DNA of 63,493 nt, taken from assembly GCA_048060695.1 (NCBI GenBank), contig JBGMQT010000006.1:1-63493 (forward strand). The letters are read 5' to 3'. This document shows positions 1 to 9,217 of this stretch, one piece after another. The notes beneath the pieces were generated by a model. It did not search any database, was not told the DNA's origin, and worked only from the letters and a program-made list of their open reading frames with translations. Each line of letters opens with the position of its first letter. The stretch's first letter is position 1. A program made the translations under genes and the position numbers. The stretch comes from Acidiferrobacterales bacterium. GTDB lineage: Bacteria > Pseudomonadota > Gammaproteobacteria > Acidiferrobacterales > JAJDNE01.

Positions 1-2
1 TA

Positions 3-248
3 AGGGAAGCCCTAAGGCAATCAGCCGCGCGACCACATTTCAGGCTCGCGCGGCTATTCCATAAACATATCCAATTCTGTGAAGAATCCCATCATCCGGG
101 CTTCTACTACCGCATGGACAAGAATTTTGTCGATGAGGACAATTGGAAATACTTCGTGAACTCGATTTACGACAAGAAATCAAAGACTTATACGTGTTTT
201 AAGCGCGCCCATAAGGATCTTGTTGATAAGACGAAGCTGTTCAAGTAA
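3..248 (+). CDS. 3' end of an unknown protein, truncated by the window edge
   Basis: Open frame from nt 3 to TAA at 246-248: ...REALRQSAARPHFRLARLFHKHIQFCEESHHPGFYYRMDKNFVDEDNWKYFVNSIYDKKSKTYTCFKRAHKDLVDKTKLFK*. No family recognised. Confidence 0.6.
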   Translation, partial: REALRQSAARPHFRLARLFHKHIQFCEESHHPGFYYRMDKNFVDEDNWKYFVNSIYDKKSKTYTCFKRAHKDLVDKTKLFK

Positions 249-381
249 GTTGAAGTATGGGAAACAGTTTAAACCCTGCCCCCGTAAAAAAGAGAGTCGG
301 GGTGCACCCCCACCCGAACTTTTTTTCCCATCCCGGGAAATCTATGTAAGTGTCTGATTTTATTAACTTTAGAGAAATATC

Positions 382-525
382 ATGAGTGCAGGTAAACCCG
401 AAATCCCTCATCAGAGCCCGGTCATGCCGGAAATGCTGTCGGATGATAGTAAATTCAATTTCCGCAAAACGGCTCAACAGAGCGCGGAAGATTTTGCCAA
501 AAAGCAGGAAGGCAACAAGTCATAA
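382..525 (+). CDS. Small hypothetical protein, 47 aa (not in ORF track)
   Basis: ATG at 382 after AGAGA; MSAGKPEIPHQSPVMPEMLSDDSKFNFRKTAQQSAEDFAKKQEGNKS; three tandem TAA stops; followed by an intrinsic terminator. Confidence 0.55.
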   Translation: MSAGKPEIPHQSPVMPEMLSDDSKFNFRKTAQQSAEDFAKKQEGNKS

Positions 526-558
526 TAATAATTAACTTTGTGGTTAGAGGAATTATTG

Positions 559-588
559 GCCCCGCCTTGAAATAGCGGGGCTTTTTTT
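559..588 (+). terminator. Rho-independent terminator
   Basis: GCCCCGC-cttgaaata-GCGGGGC then T7. Confidence 0.85.
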
Positions 589-591
589 GAG

Positions 592-713
592 GTGCAGGGA
601 AGCATTAATGTCGCGGTATACACGACTCCAGGGATAGAGGAGGTAGAGCAACGCAGGAGCAGTCTCCGAGGGATGCTGTGAACGACGTCTGTGTGCCCTA
701 CTCACAGCATTCC
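592..713 (+). repeat. Cluster of short GGA-loop hairpins (nested small repeat element or sRNA)
   Basis: Five GGA motifs (CAGGGAAG, CAGGGATA, GAGGAGG, CAGGAGC, GAGGGATG) in about 85 nt, plus hairpin GGATGCTGTGA (671-681)/TCACAGCATTCC (702-713). Confidence 0.4.
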
Positions 714-913
714 TGATTCATGGCTGGGTAGTTTCTGTAATATTATGCCGCCCTGGAAAATATTGTTCAGGGAAAGGGTTTGATTTATTTGCTCGCCGAC
801 AAATTGAATCGCCTGCACTGCTTCAAATTTGACAACAACAACTAATTTTCTGAAAGTGAAATTGTGAGAATCTTGTCCGGGCAAGTAACGTGAGCACATA
901 AGAAGTGCACTAT

Positions 914-1384
914 CTACTTACCTTTTTTTCTAATATATTGACCGGCAACAATACGCGTTCCAAATTTTTCCGACGTCGCGCGATAGAGACCCCAGGTTAC
1001 CAGCCCCATATTTTCATCTTCATAGCGGATGATCAGTTTCATCCTGTCGTATGGTCGATAGGCTTTATTGGGTGGCGTGATGTTCTGCTTGTCAATTTTT
1101 CCGTTCTTGACCAACACCCCCCAGGTAAATTTCTTGCTGTTAGAGCTCTTGTCCCACCAGTGTTTGCTGACAAAATTTTTCTCTTTACTGAGCGACATCT
1201 CGCCGGGCTGCAATTTTGGAAACATGGACTCATAGTCACCAAAATAGTAAGACGGGATATCCTGCGTTACCGTGACCGAACCGCCAATGTTCTCGAATTG
1301 GAAGGTTTTGATCTCCTGCGCCTGTAGCGACGGTATCGCCAACGATGCCGATATAACCAGAACAATCCAGATATTCTTTTTCAT
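914..1384 (-). CDS. Hypothetical exported protein
   Basis: 156 aa; Sec-type signal peptide MKKNIWIVLVISASLAIPSLQA-QE; co-oriented downstream of the dehydrogenase gene. Confidence 0.75.
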   Translation of the reverse strand: MKKNIWIVLVISASLAIPSLQAQEIKTFQFENIGGSVTVTQDIPSYYFGDYESMFPKLQPGEMSLSKEKNFVSKHWWDKSSNSKKFTWGVLVKNGKIDKQNITPPNKAYRPYDRMKLIIRYEDENMGLVTWGLYRATSEKFGTRIVAGQYIRKKGK

Positions 1385-1419
1385 TTATTGATTCTCATAA
1401 TTTGATTCACCACGTCTTC

Positions 1420-2559
1420 TTAGTTCTCAGACCCATTCATGATGGGTCTCAGCCTGAGAATCCTACCACTATCAGTAGAAAGATAAATCCATCCCTGCGG
1501 GCTCTCGGCCAGTGCCCGGATCCGTTCCGACATGCTCTCCAGAAGCCGTTCTTCAGCAACCGCGTTGGCATTTTTGTCGATTACAACGCGATTGATGTGC
1601 GTTAACTTCAACGCGCCGGAAAAAAGATTGCCCCTCCATACCCGGAAGGCTTTGCCGGAATAAAGCAGAAGACTGCCGGGGGCAATGGAGGGCGTGTATT
1701 GTTTTATGGGTTGTTCCATACCGCTGCGGGAGGTTCCTTCTCCCACGGCCATCGGGCCCCAGTATTCCTTGCCATAGGAAATTACTGGCCAGCCATAGTT
1801 GCGTCCTGGTAGTACCAGATTGATTTCGTCTCCCCCGCGAGGCCCATGCTCATTTAACCAAAGCCGCTTATTGGCATAATCATAAGCGATTCCTTGCGGA
1901 TTTCGATGGCCATAGCTCCAGATCTCCGGCAGGGCATCTTTTTTGTTAACAAACGGATTGTCCCTGGGAACTCGACCATCACGATACAATCGTATCACCG
2001 TGCCGGCGTGATTGGACAAATTCTGAGCATTCGGTCGCCGGCCCCGGTCGCCAACGGTGAAGTAAACATGGCCGCGATTGTCGAAAGCGATGCGGCTACC
2101 AAAGTGGCGGTCGGTATTTGTTGCCGAGTTGGTGACAAGCAGATCCCGCCAACGAATCAGACGGTCGCCTTTCAGTTTTGCCCGGGCAAGCACCGTTACC
2201 CCCTGTCCCTGTTTGTCCTTTACATACGTAAAATAAATCCAGTCACCGGTTTTGAAATCTGGTGGCATGGCCACATCCAGCATGCCACCCTGTCCTCGGG
2301 CCATCACGGGTGGCGCACCCTTGAGACGTCGGACATTACCTGTCTTGGTACTTACGATGTTTATATAACCGCCACGCTCGGTCACCAGCAACTTGTCAGG
2401 CGATAAAAATGCCATCGCCCAGGGAATACCCAGCCCATCTGCTACCTGCTCTACAACAAAACGTGCCTGCTGACTCTCAACAATTTGTGGCGACCCGGCC
2501 CATGCGGGTACCAGCGCCAGCGTAAACAACGCACCGAAAATAAGCCGGGATTTCCTCAC
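1420..2559 (-). CDS. PQQ-dependent aldose sugar dehydrogenase (YliI/GSDH family)
   Basis: Signal peptide; motifs PW-MAF, GQGGMLDV, HFGSRIAF, YGHRNPQG, EHGPRGGDEIN, NYGWP. Confidence 0.93.
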   Translation of the reverse strand: MRKSRLIFGALFTLALVPAWAGSPQIVESQQARFVVEQVADGLGIPWAMAFLSPDKLLVTERGGYINIVSTKTGNVRRLKGAPPVMARGQGGMLDVAMPPDFKTGDWIYFTYVKDKQGQGVTVLARAKLKGDRLIRWRDLLVTNSATNTDRHFGSRIAFDNRGHVYFTVGDRGRRPNAQNLSNHAGTVIRLYRDGRVPRDNPFVNKKDALPEIWSYGHRNPQGIAYDYANKRLWLNEHGPRGGDEINLVLPGRNYGWPVISYGKEYWGPMAVGEGTSRSGMEQPIKQYTPSIAPGSLLLYSGKAFRVWRGNLFSGALKLTHINRVVIDKNANAVAEERLLESMSERIRALAESPQGWIYLSTDSGRILRLRPIMNGSEN

Positions 2560-2569
2560 GATGACATCG

Positions 2570-4399
2570 CTACAATCCGTAGCGCATAGGCAATAGCCAC
2601 AACAGCGATAGCCAGACGATGACGATCATCGGTACTCCGACGCGTACGAAATCCGAGAATTTGTAACCACCGGCATTCATCACCAACAGGTTGGTATTGT
2701 ATGCTATCGGTGTCGCATAACTCATGTTGGCGCCGAATAGTACCGCCAATACAAACGGTTCTGCTGGCAAATTGACCTGGCTGGCAATACTAATTGCGAT
2801 GGGCGTCCCGATGACGGCCGCGGCATTGTTGGTAACAATATTGGTTAGCACAACCATAACCAGCATCAGGCTTCCAATCATCATCGTGGGCGACATGCCT
2901 GAAACCAGGTTGACAAAGACATACGCCAGATATTCGGCGCCCCCGGTTTCGAGCAGAGCGGTCCCCATTGCCAGACTGGCGACCACAATCATGATGACAG
3001 GCTTGCTAAGCGCGTTCGCTGCATCGCGCCAGCTCAGGCAACCGGTCAGAATCATGACGGTTACGCCACCTGCGGCGCTGATCGAGATCGGCAGAATACC
3101 CACGGCGGCAACCAGGACCATGACCGTCATGATGGTCAGCGCGAGCCAGGCTTTATCGGTTCGCGGCAGATCGGCTGCCGCATCGAGCACCAGCAAGTTG
3201 CCACTGCGCTTTATCGAGCCTATTTGCTCACGATCTCCCTGAACCAATAACACGTCACCGATACGCAAGCGGATATTACCCAGATTCTGGCGCCAGGTGA
3301 GCGATTCCCAGCCAGCGCGATGTACTGCCAACGTCATCAAATGGTAACTATCCCTGAAATGCACACGGCTTAAGGTTCTGCCCTCCAGTGGCGACCCCTG
3401 GGTAATAACAATTTCCGCCAGTTGCTGTTCCCCGGCGCTTAGTGGATTATCCGCAGCGACGGGTTTCTCGCCCGAGTACAGGTGGGCACCGAGCACATCC
3501 TCATACTCCTTTAGATGCTCCGGTGTATCCTGAATGCTTAGCCTGTCGCCAGCTTTGATTATGGCATCGGGCAACGGCAATATGACAGTATTTTGTCCTC
3601 GATGGACGCGTTCGATTTTCAAAGTGCCGCTGGTCTTGTCAATAATCTCAGATAAGGATTTGCCATCGGCAAAACTATTCTCTGGAATGTGCAACAGGGC
3701 GGCGAACACACGCGGTGATGTATCTGCAAGGTGGGTAGCGCGGGCCGGTAATAAACGTGGCGCGACTAACCATAGATAAAGAATCGCTAAACCTCCCGAG
3801 ATCACGGCTGGAACAAAAAAATCAAACATCCCCAGACGTTGCACGCCAAGGTCAGCGGCGACGGATACCACCAGCAAATTAGTGGATGTCCCGATCGTGG
3901 TGGTAGTGCCCCCGATCAGGGTGGCAAAACCCATGGGCATTAGCATGCCGGATGCCGGTTTGCCCGTACGCAAGGAAACACTAATCAGTATGGGCAACAA
4001 CAATACGACGATTGGTACGTTGTTCATAAATGCACTCAGGCTGGCCGCGGCCAACATGGTCAACAGCAACGACAGCATAGGGCTGATCAACCACATCCGT
4101 GCCAGAAAACGACCGATAGGCTCCAACGCACCAGTTCGCACCAACCCCTGTCCTGCAATCATTAGTGCGCTCACGGCAATCAGTGCTTCGTGACCGAAAC
4201 CACTGAAAAAATCGATCGCACGAAAAGTTTCACCGTTACGGGTATAGGGAAATAGCTCAAACCCGACTGTGAGCAAAACCAGAACCAGTAAAGCCGATGT
4301 CTCCAGTGGAAGGTGTTTGCGTGTAAACAGGTACAGCGCGCCAATAATAAGGACGTATACAGCGAGCGCGTGGATGTCAGGGGTTGCAACGGGTGTCAT
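2570..4399 (-). CDS. SLC13/CitT-family permease with TrkA-C domains
   Basis: 609 aa polytopic; SAFMNN, GGTTTTIGTSTN, TNIVTNNAAAV, TPIAYNTN motifs; two central soluble TrkA-C-like segments. Confidence 0.9.
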   Translation of the reverse strand: MTPVATPDIHALAVYVLIIGALYLFTRKHLPLETSALLVLVLLTVGFELFPYTRNGETFRAIDFFSGFGHEALIAVSALMIAGQGLVRTGALEPIGRFLARMWLISPMLSLLLTMLAAASLSAFMNNVPIVVLLLPILISVSLRTGKPASGMLMPMGFATLIGGTTTTIGTSTNLLVVSVAADLGVQRLGMFDFFVPAVISGGLAILYLWLVAPRLLPARATHLADTSPRVFAALLHIPENSFADGKSLSEIIDKTSGTLKIERVHRGQNTVILPLPDAIIKAGDRLSIQDTPEHLKEYEDVLGAHLYSGEKPVAADNPLSAGEQQLAEIVITQGSPLEGRTLSRVHFRDSYHLMTLAVHRAGWESLTWRQNLGNIRLRIGDVLLVQGDREQIGSIKRSGNLLVLDAAADLPRTDKAWLALTIMTVMVLVAAVGILPISISAAGGVTVMILTGCLSWRDAANALSKPVIMIVVASLAMGTALLETGGAEYLAYVFVNLVSGMSPTMMIGSLMLVMVVLTNIVTNNAAAVIGTPIAISIASQVNLPAEPFVLAVLFGANMSYATPIAYNTNLLVMNAGGYKFSDFVRVGVPMIVIVWLSLLWLLPMRYGL

Positions 4400-4497
4400 G
4401 CCAGCTCCAGTATAGGATTAGATGGTTGCCCGACTCGACGCAGCGACGGCGACAGCGAATTATCGATTACAATAGAGCTTAACCCGTTTTCATTGCC

Positions 4498-4917
4498 ATG
4501 TTGAAGATTTCAAAAGATATCGTTATCACCGAGCGCGAGATCGAGTTCAGCGCGATTCGGGCGCAGGGAGCCGGCGGCCAGAATGTCAACAAGGTGTCCA
4601 CCGCCGTACATCTGCGATTTGACATTCAGAAATCCAGCTTACCTGCCGAGGTCAAGCAACAATTACTGACACAGACGGATCGACGTATCAGCCGGGCAGG
4701 TATTGTCATTATCAAGGCTCAGCAATTTCGCAGTCAGGAGAAAAATCGCGAAGCAGCACTTAATCGTCTGGCGGATCTCATCCGCAAGGCGGTCGCGACA
4801 CCCAAAAAACGCCGGCCTACCCGGCCCACCGCCCGCTCAAAACAGCGACGACTTGATCAGAAAAACCAGCGTAGTAGAGACAAAGCCCTTCGTCGCAAGG
4901 TCACCGGAGAAGAATAG
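4498..4917 (+). CDS. arfB: Alternative ribosome rescue peptidyl-tRNA hydrolase ArfB
   Basis: GAGGQNVNK (GGQ) motif, RSQEKNR, basic C-terminal tail KKRRPTRPT. Confidence 0.95.
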   Translation: MLKISKDIVITEREIEFSAIRAQGAGGQNVNKVSTAVHLRFDIQKSSLPAEVKQQLLTQTDRRISRAGIVIIKAQQFRSQEKNREAALNRLADLIRKAVATPKKRRPTRPTARSKQRRLDQKNQRSRDKALRRKVTGEE

Positions 4918-5016
4918 GCATCCAGTCCAGCCTCATTTTTTGTGAATCCGGTGCCCAAACATCTGTAATATGTGCGACAATGCGGCCGCTTTTTATCCCC
5001 GTTTCGGAACAACAAA

Positions 5017-6609
5017 TTGATCACAACATCCAATATTACGATGCAGTTCGGTGTCAAGCCCCTGTTTGAGAATATCTCCGTTAAATTTGGCGACGGTAAT
5101 CGCTATGGCCTGATTGGCGCCAATGGGTGCGGAAAATCGACTTTCATGAAGATTCTCGGTGGCGATCTCGAGCCCAGCGCAGGATCCGTCTCCATCGACA
5201 GCAATGAACGCGTCGGCAAACTTCGCCAGGACCAGTTCGCTTTTGAAGAATTCACTGTGCTCGATACGGTGATTATGGGCCATGAGGAGCTGTGGGAAGT
5301 CAAAGCGGAGCGGGACCGCATTTATTCGCTGCCCGAAATGAGCGAAGCGGAGGGCATCAAGGTTGCCGAACTTGAGATCCGGTTTGGCGAACTCGATGGA
5401 TATACGGCCGAATCCCGTGCCGGCGAGCTCTTGCTGGGGCTCGATATTCCGCTGGAACAGCACGATGGTCCCATGAGCGCAGTCGCGCCAGGCTGGAAGC
5501 TGCGAGTGTTGCTCGCGCAGTCACTATTCGCCGATCCAGACATCATGTTGCTGGACGAGCCCACCAATAACCTCGACATCAATGCGATTCGCTGGTTGGA
5601 AAATGTACTCAATGAGCGCAATTGCACCATGATAATCATTTCCCATGATCGCCACTTTCTAAACAGTGTTTGTACCCACATGGCGGATCTCGATTATGGT
5701 GAGTTGCGTTTGTACCCGGGTAACTATGATGAATATATGACAGCGGCGTCACAGGTCCGTGAACGCATGTACGCGAACAACGCCAAGAAAAAAGCGCAAA
5801 TAGCCGAACTGCAAACATTCGTCAGTCGTTTTTCCGCGAATGCCTCCAAGGCACGGCAGGCAACGTCCCGGGCAAGACAAATTGATAAAATAGAGCTGGA
5901 GGATGTGAAACCGTCCAGTCGGCAAAACCCGTTTATCCGCTTTGAGCAAGCGAAAAAATTGCACCGGCTCGCGCTGGAGGTGGAGGGTATGAGTAACGGT
6001 TACGACGGAGAGGATTTGTTTGAGGACCTTCCGCTAACAGTTGAAGTGGGCGAACGTATTGCGGTGATCGGTACCAACGGTATTGGCAAAACCACTCTGC
6101 TACGCAGTCTCCTGGGAGAAAAAGAACTCACCAGTGGCACTATCAAGTGGTCACAGAATTCAAGTTTCGGTTATTATGCCCAAGATCATGCTGCTGAATT
6201 TGACAACGATATGTCTCTGCTCGATTGGATGGGACAGTGGGCGCAAGAGGGCGACGACGAGCAGGTTATTCGCGGTACGCTGGGCCGATTATTATTCTCG
6301 CAAGATGAAATAAAAAAATCGGTAAAGGTCATCTCAGGTGGTGAACAGGGGAGAATGCTGTTTGGCAAAATGATGCTGCAGAAACCGAATATCCTTGTTC
6401 TTGATGAGCCCACCAACCATCTCGATATGGAGTCTATTGAATCGCTGAATCTGGCGCTTGAAAATTACCCGGGTACTCTCTTTTTTGTCAGCCACGACCG
6501 TGAATTCGTATCGTCGCTGGCTACACGTATAATTGAAATCAGCAAGGAAGGTGTGGTCGATTTTGGTGGTGACTATGAAGAGTATCTACGCAGCCAGGGC
6601 GCCGCATGA
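5017..6609 (+). CDS. ybiT: ABC-F family ATPase (YbiT-like)
   Basis: Two ABC domains ([17 protein letters not shown]; [18 protein letters not shown]); [14 protein letters not shown] linker. Likely start TTG at 5017 (track extends to 4972). Confidence 0.92.
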   Translation: MITTSNITMQFGVKPLFENISVKFGDGNRYGLIGANGCGKSTFMKILGGDLEPSAGSVSIDSNERVGKLRQDQFAFEEFTVLDTVIMGHEELWEVKAERDRIYSLPEMSEAEGIKVAELEIRFGELDGYTAESRAGELLLGLDIPLEQHDGPMSAVAPGWKLRVLLAQSLFADPDIMLLDEPTNNLDINAIRWLENVLNERNCTMIIISHDRHFLNSVCTHMADLDYGELRLYPGNYDEYMTAASQVRERMYANNAKKKAQIAELQTFVSRFSANASKARQATSRARQIDKIELEDVKPSSRQNPFIRFEQAKKLHRLALEVEGMSNGYDGEDLFEDLPLTVEVGERIAVIGTNGIGKTTLLRSLLGEKELTSGTIKWSQNSSFGYYAQDHAAEFDNDMSLLDWMGQWAQEGDDEQVIRGTLGRLLFSQDEIKKSVKVISGGEQGRMLFGKMMLQKPNILVLDEPTNHLDMESIESLNLALENYPGTLFFVSHDREFVSSLATRIIEISKEGVVDFGGDYEEYLRSQGAA

Positions 6610-6673
6610 ACGGCCTTGCGGGTTGTGACCACCATGATTCGTTGTAGCGGACCCGCTGTACCAATTGTGCCGG

Positions 6674-7207
6674 ATGTTTCGATCACTTAAATATATAATT
6701 CTACCGCTAGCCGGCATTGGCCTTCTGTCGAGTGTGCTAGCCGAGGAGGTCCTGTTGAAAACCGGGGACATTGCACCGAAATTTTCACTTTCTGACCAAA
6801 ACGGAAAACAACACCAGTTAGCTCAGCATCGGGGTCGCTGGGTGGTACTGTATTTTTACCCGAAAAATAATACACCTGGTTGCACCGCCGAAGCCTGCAA
6901 ATTCCGCGATGACTATTTTAAAATGGACAAGCTCGGCGTCGATGTATTGGGCATCAGTGTGGACAGTCAGAAAAGCCATGCAGCTTTCGCAAAAAAGTAC
7001 GGTCTGCCCTTTCCTCTCCTGGCAGACACCGGCGGTGCCGTCGCCAGAAAATATGGTAGTTTGTTTTCATTTGGCCCGCTAAAATTTGCACGGCGCCACA
7101 CTTTCATAGTTGATCCGCGCGGATATATTGCTACGATCTATCGCAAGGTGGACCCGGAAACACACAGCGCACAGGTGATTCGGGACATTGGCGCACTCCA
7201 GAAATAG
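6674..7207 (+). CDS. Peroxiredoxin BCP/PrxQ family with N-terminal signal-like sequence
   Basis: LYFYPKNNTPGCTAEAC motif; hydrophobic leader ending VLA-EE; ATG at 6674. Confidence 0.9.
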   Translation: MFRSLKYIILPLAGIGLLSSVLAEEVLLKTGDIAPKFSLSDQNGKQHQLAQHRGRWVVLYFYPKNNTPGCTAEACKFRDDYFKMDKLGVDVLGISVDSQKSHAAFAKKYGLPFPLLADTGGAVARKYGSLFSFGPLKFARRHTFIVDPRGYIATIYRKVDPETHSAQVIRDIGALQK

Positions 7208-7448
7208 CTCCATTCGCATACCTGCCGGATGTCGGACGCTCGGAAAGCTTGACATCCTCACAATATTTTCGACGCTTGTCGCCTGAATATTTTATTGGGC
7301 ACAATGTCGCAACGCAGGCAAGCACTAAACCGAATCTTGCCGTGCAAATTGAAGAATAACCGTTGTGACTATTGGTTTTGCCGTTTATCTGAAGGCCAAA
7401 TTAATTTAGACCTCGAAAGGCGCTAACCCCTGAGTTTTAATACGTTTT

Positions 7449-7474
7449 AGCATATTAGCTATTAATTATATGCT
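7449..7474. promoter_or_regulatory. Palindromic candidate operator upstream of the YeiH operon
   Basis: AGCATAT-N12-ATATGCT (perfect 7-bp arms), just upstream of a TTGTAT-N17-TATTAA promoter-like sequence (7485-7513). Confidence 0.5.
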
Positions 7475-7622
7475 CAATAGTGTGTTGTATTTGTTGACTA
7501 GAACAGATATTAAGTAACTCGGCGAAAAAAATAGTCATCAAAATTACAACACCGGCTATTTTTACCTCGACCTGTAGAAAATAAAATAGATCTTGACGAT
7601 CATCACACAGGAGGACACAACG

Positions 7623-9206
7623 ATGGTTTATACGAAAAAATCATCCGCGTTGCTCATTATTGGTCTAGTCATGCTGGCGATCTGGTATATGGGATCAACC
7701 GGCATGATGAGTGGCTACATCGAGCATCTCGCGGCAGGTAAGAAATACAAGTATCTCGGGGAGATAAATACCCTGGCCCTGTACTTTGGTATCATTGCAG
7801 CCGCTTTCGGTGTCTGGCAATTGTTTGGTAGTCATAAAGAAGGCCAGTTTGATTATTTCTCCTCATCCATAGCCGGCGCCATGTTCATTCTGGTCATCGC
7901 CATGTTGGTTCGTTGGTTCCTTGCGCCGGAAGTCGCATGGGTCAGCATCCAAATGGGAAAGGTCGGTGATACCGGTAAATACATTCACAAACTACTGGGC
8001 CTGAATTATATCGTAATAGGTATCGTCGCAGGCATCGTGGTTGTGAATATCTTCAAGGTACCGGCGTGGGCGGAAAATGGCGTTCGCTTGTCGCGACTGG
8101 GTCTCAAGACTGGCGTGATTCTACTGGGTACCCTGTACTCCGCGGCCGAATTGGCGAATCTGGGTGGGCTGTCCATCATAATGATCAGTTTCTTCGTACT
8201 GGGTTCCGTATGGATGGTGCTCTGGCTGGGTAGTCGACGCGGTATACCAAACTCAATGGGTGGTGTACTTTCTGCCGGTATGGGTGTCTGTGGTGTGTCG
8301 GCCACGGTGGCTGCGGCTCCGGTAGTCCAAGCCAAGTCAGTGGAAATTGCTTACACCATCGGTACCATTCTGCTCTGGGGTGTTGCCAGTATGTTCGTCT
8401 TCCCGGTCATTGGTAACCTGCTCAATATGAGTTACCTGCAGTTTGGCGCATGGGCCGGTACCGGTATTCTGAACTCGGCGCAGGTTGCCGGTGCAGCGCT
8501 GGCCTACCAGCCTGATGGCATCGAAACCCTGAAGGTTGCCGAAATCTTCAATATCACCCGCGTACTGATTCTGCCAATCATCGTTCTCTGGCTGGCTCTC
8601 TGGTATGTGAAACGTGAAGACAGTATGACCGAGCGTGTCAATGTCACTCAGGTGATCATTGCCAAGTTCCCGGTTTTTGTACTCGGCTTCATTCTGTTGT
8701 TCGCTCTGTCCACCACCGGCATCTTTGCTCCTCCCAAGCACTACAAGGGCAAATACTTCGGCAACACAGCGGAAACCAATTTTAAAGAGAAGAATCTGCT
8801 GAAAGAAGGCCAGGTTGCCACGTTAAAATCCGAGTTCGGCAAGATCAAACCGGATGTCCAGAAGGCCGCAATACAGCGTCTTATGGATAATCGCAAGATC
8901 ATGTCCGATGACGACGACACTGCAGTTCGTGGTCTGGTGAACTCAAAGGCACTTTCCAAGGATGCCAACAAGATCCTGAAGAAAGCACATAAAGCCGTGC
9001 GTCACACAGCCAAGAAGATTAAGGTCTTCCGGAAGTGGATCACGTGGCTATTCGCCTTTGGTCTGGTTGGCCTGGGTATGCAGATCACTATTTCGTCCAT
9101 GAAACAGGCGGGTGGTCAGCCGGCCATCATTGGTGGAATTGTCGGCTTTACCAAGGCTGCAGGTGCACTGGTGGTCGTAATGTTACTCATTAGTGACAAA
9201 ATATAG
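7623..9206 (+). CDS. YeiH/UPF0324 family putative sulfate exporter
   Basis: Polytopic; GVCGVSATVAAAP, GAWAGTGILNSAQV, FPVFVLGF motifs; ATG 7623 with AGGAGG RBS. Confidence 0.88.
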   Translation: MVYTKKSSALLIIGLVMLAIWYMGSTGMMSGYIEHLAAGKKYKYLGEINTLALYFGIIAAAFGVWQLFGSHKEGQFDYFSSSIAGAMFILVIAMLVRWFLAPEVAWVSIQMGKVGDTGKYIHKLLGLNYIVIGIVAGIVVVNIFKVPAWAENGVRLSRLGLKTGVILLGTLYSAAELANLGGLSIIMISFFVLGSVWMVLWLGSRRGIPNSMGGVLSAGMGVCGVSATVAAAPVVQAKSVEIAYTIGTILLWGVASMFVFPVIGNLLNMSYLQFGAWAGTGILNSAQVAGAALAYQPDGIETLKVAEIFNITRVLILPIIVLWLALWYVKREDSMTERVNVTQVIIAKFPVFVLGFILLFALSTTGIFAPPKHYKGKYFGNTAETNFKEKNLLKEGQVATLKSEFGKIKPDVQKAAIQRLMDNRKIMSDDDDTAVRGLVNSKALSKDANKILKKAHKAVRHTAKKIKVFRKWITWLFAFGLVGLGMQITISSMKQAGGQPAIIGGIVGFTKAAGALVVVMLLISDKI

Positions 9207-9217
9207 GAGGTCCTAAA

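Noticed and set aside
702-899. 65-aa minus-strand ORF and a short plus-strand open stretch (YAALENIVQGK...)
   Set aside because: No RBS or recognisable motif; could be a gene remnant but I cannot support a call.
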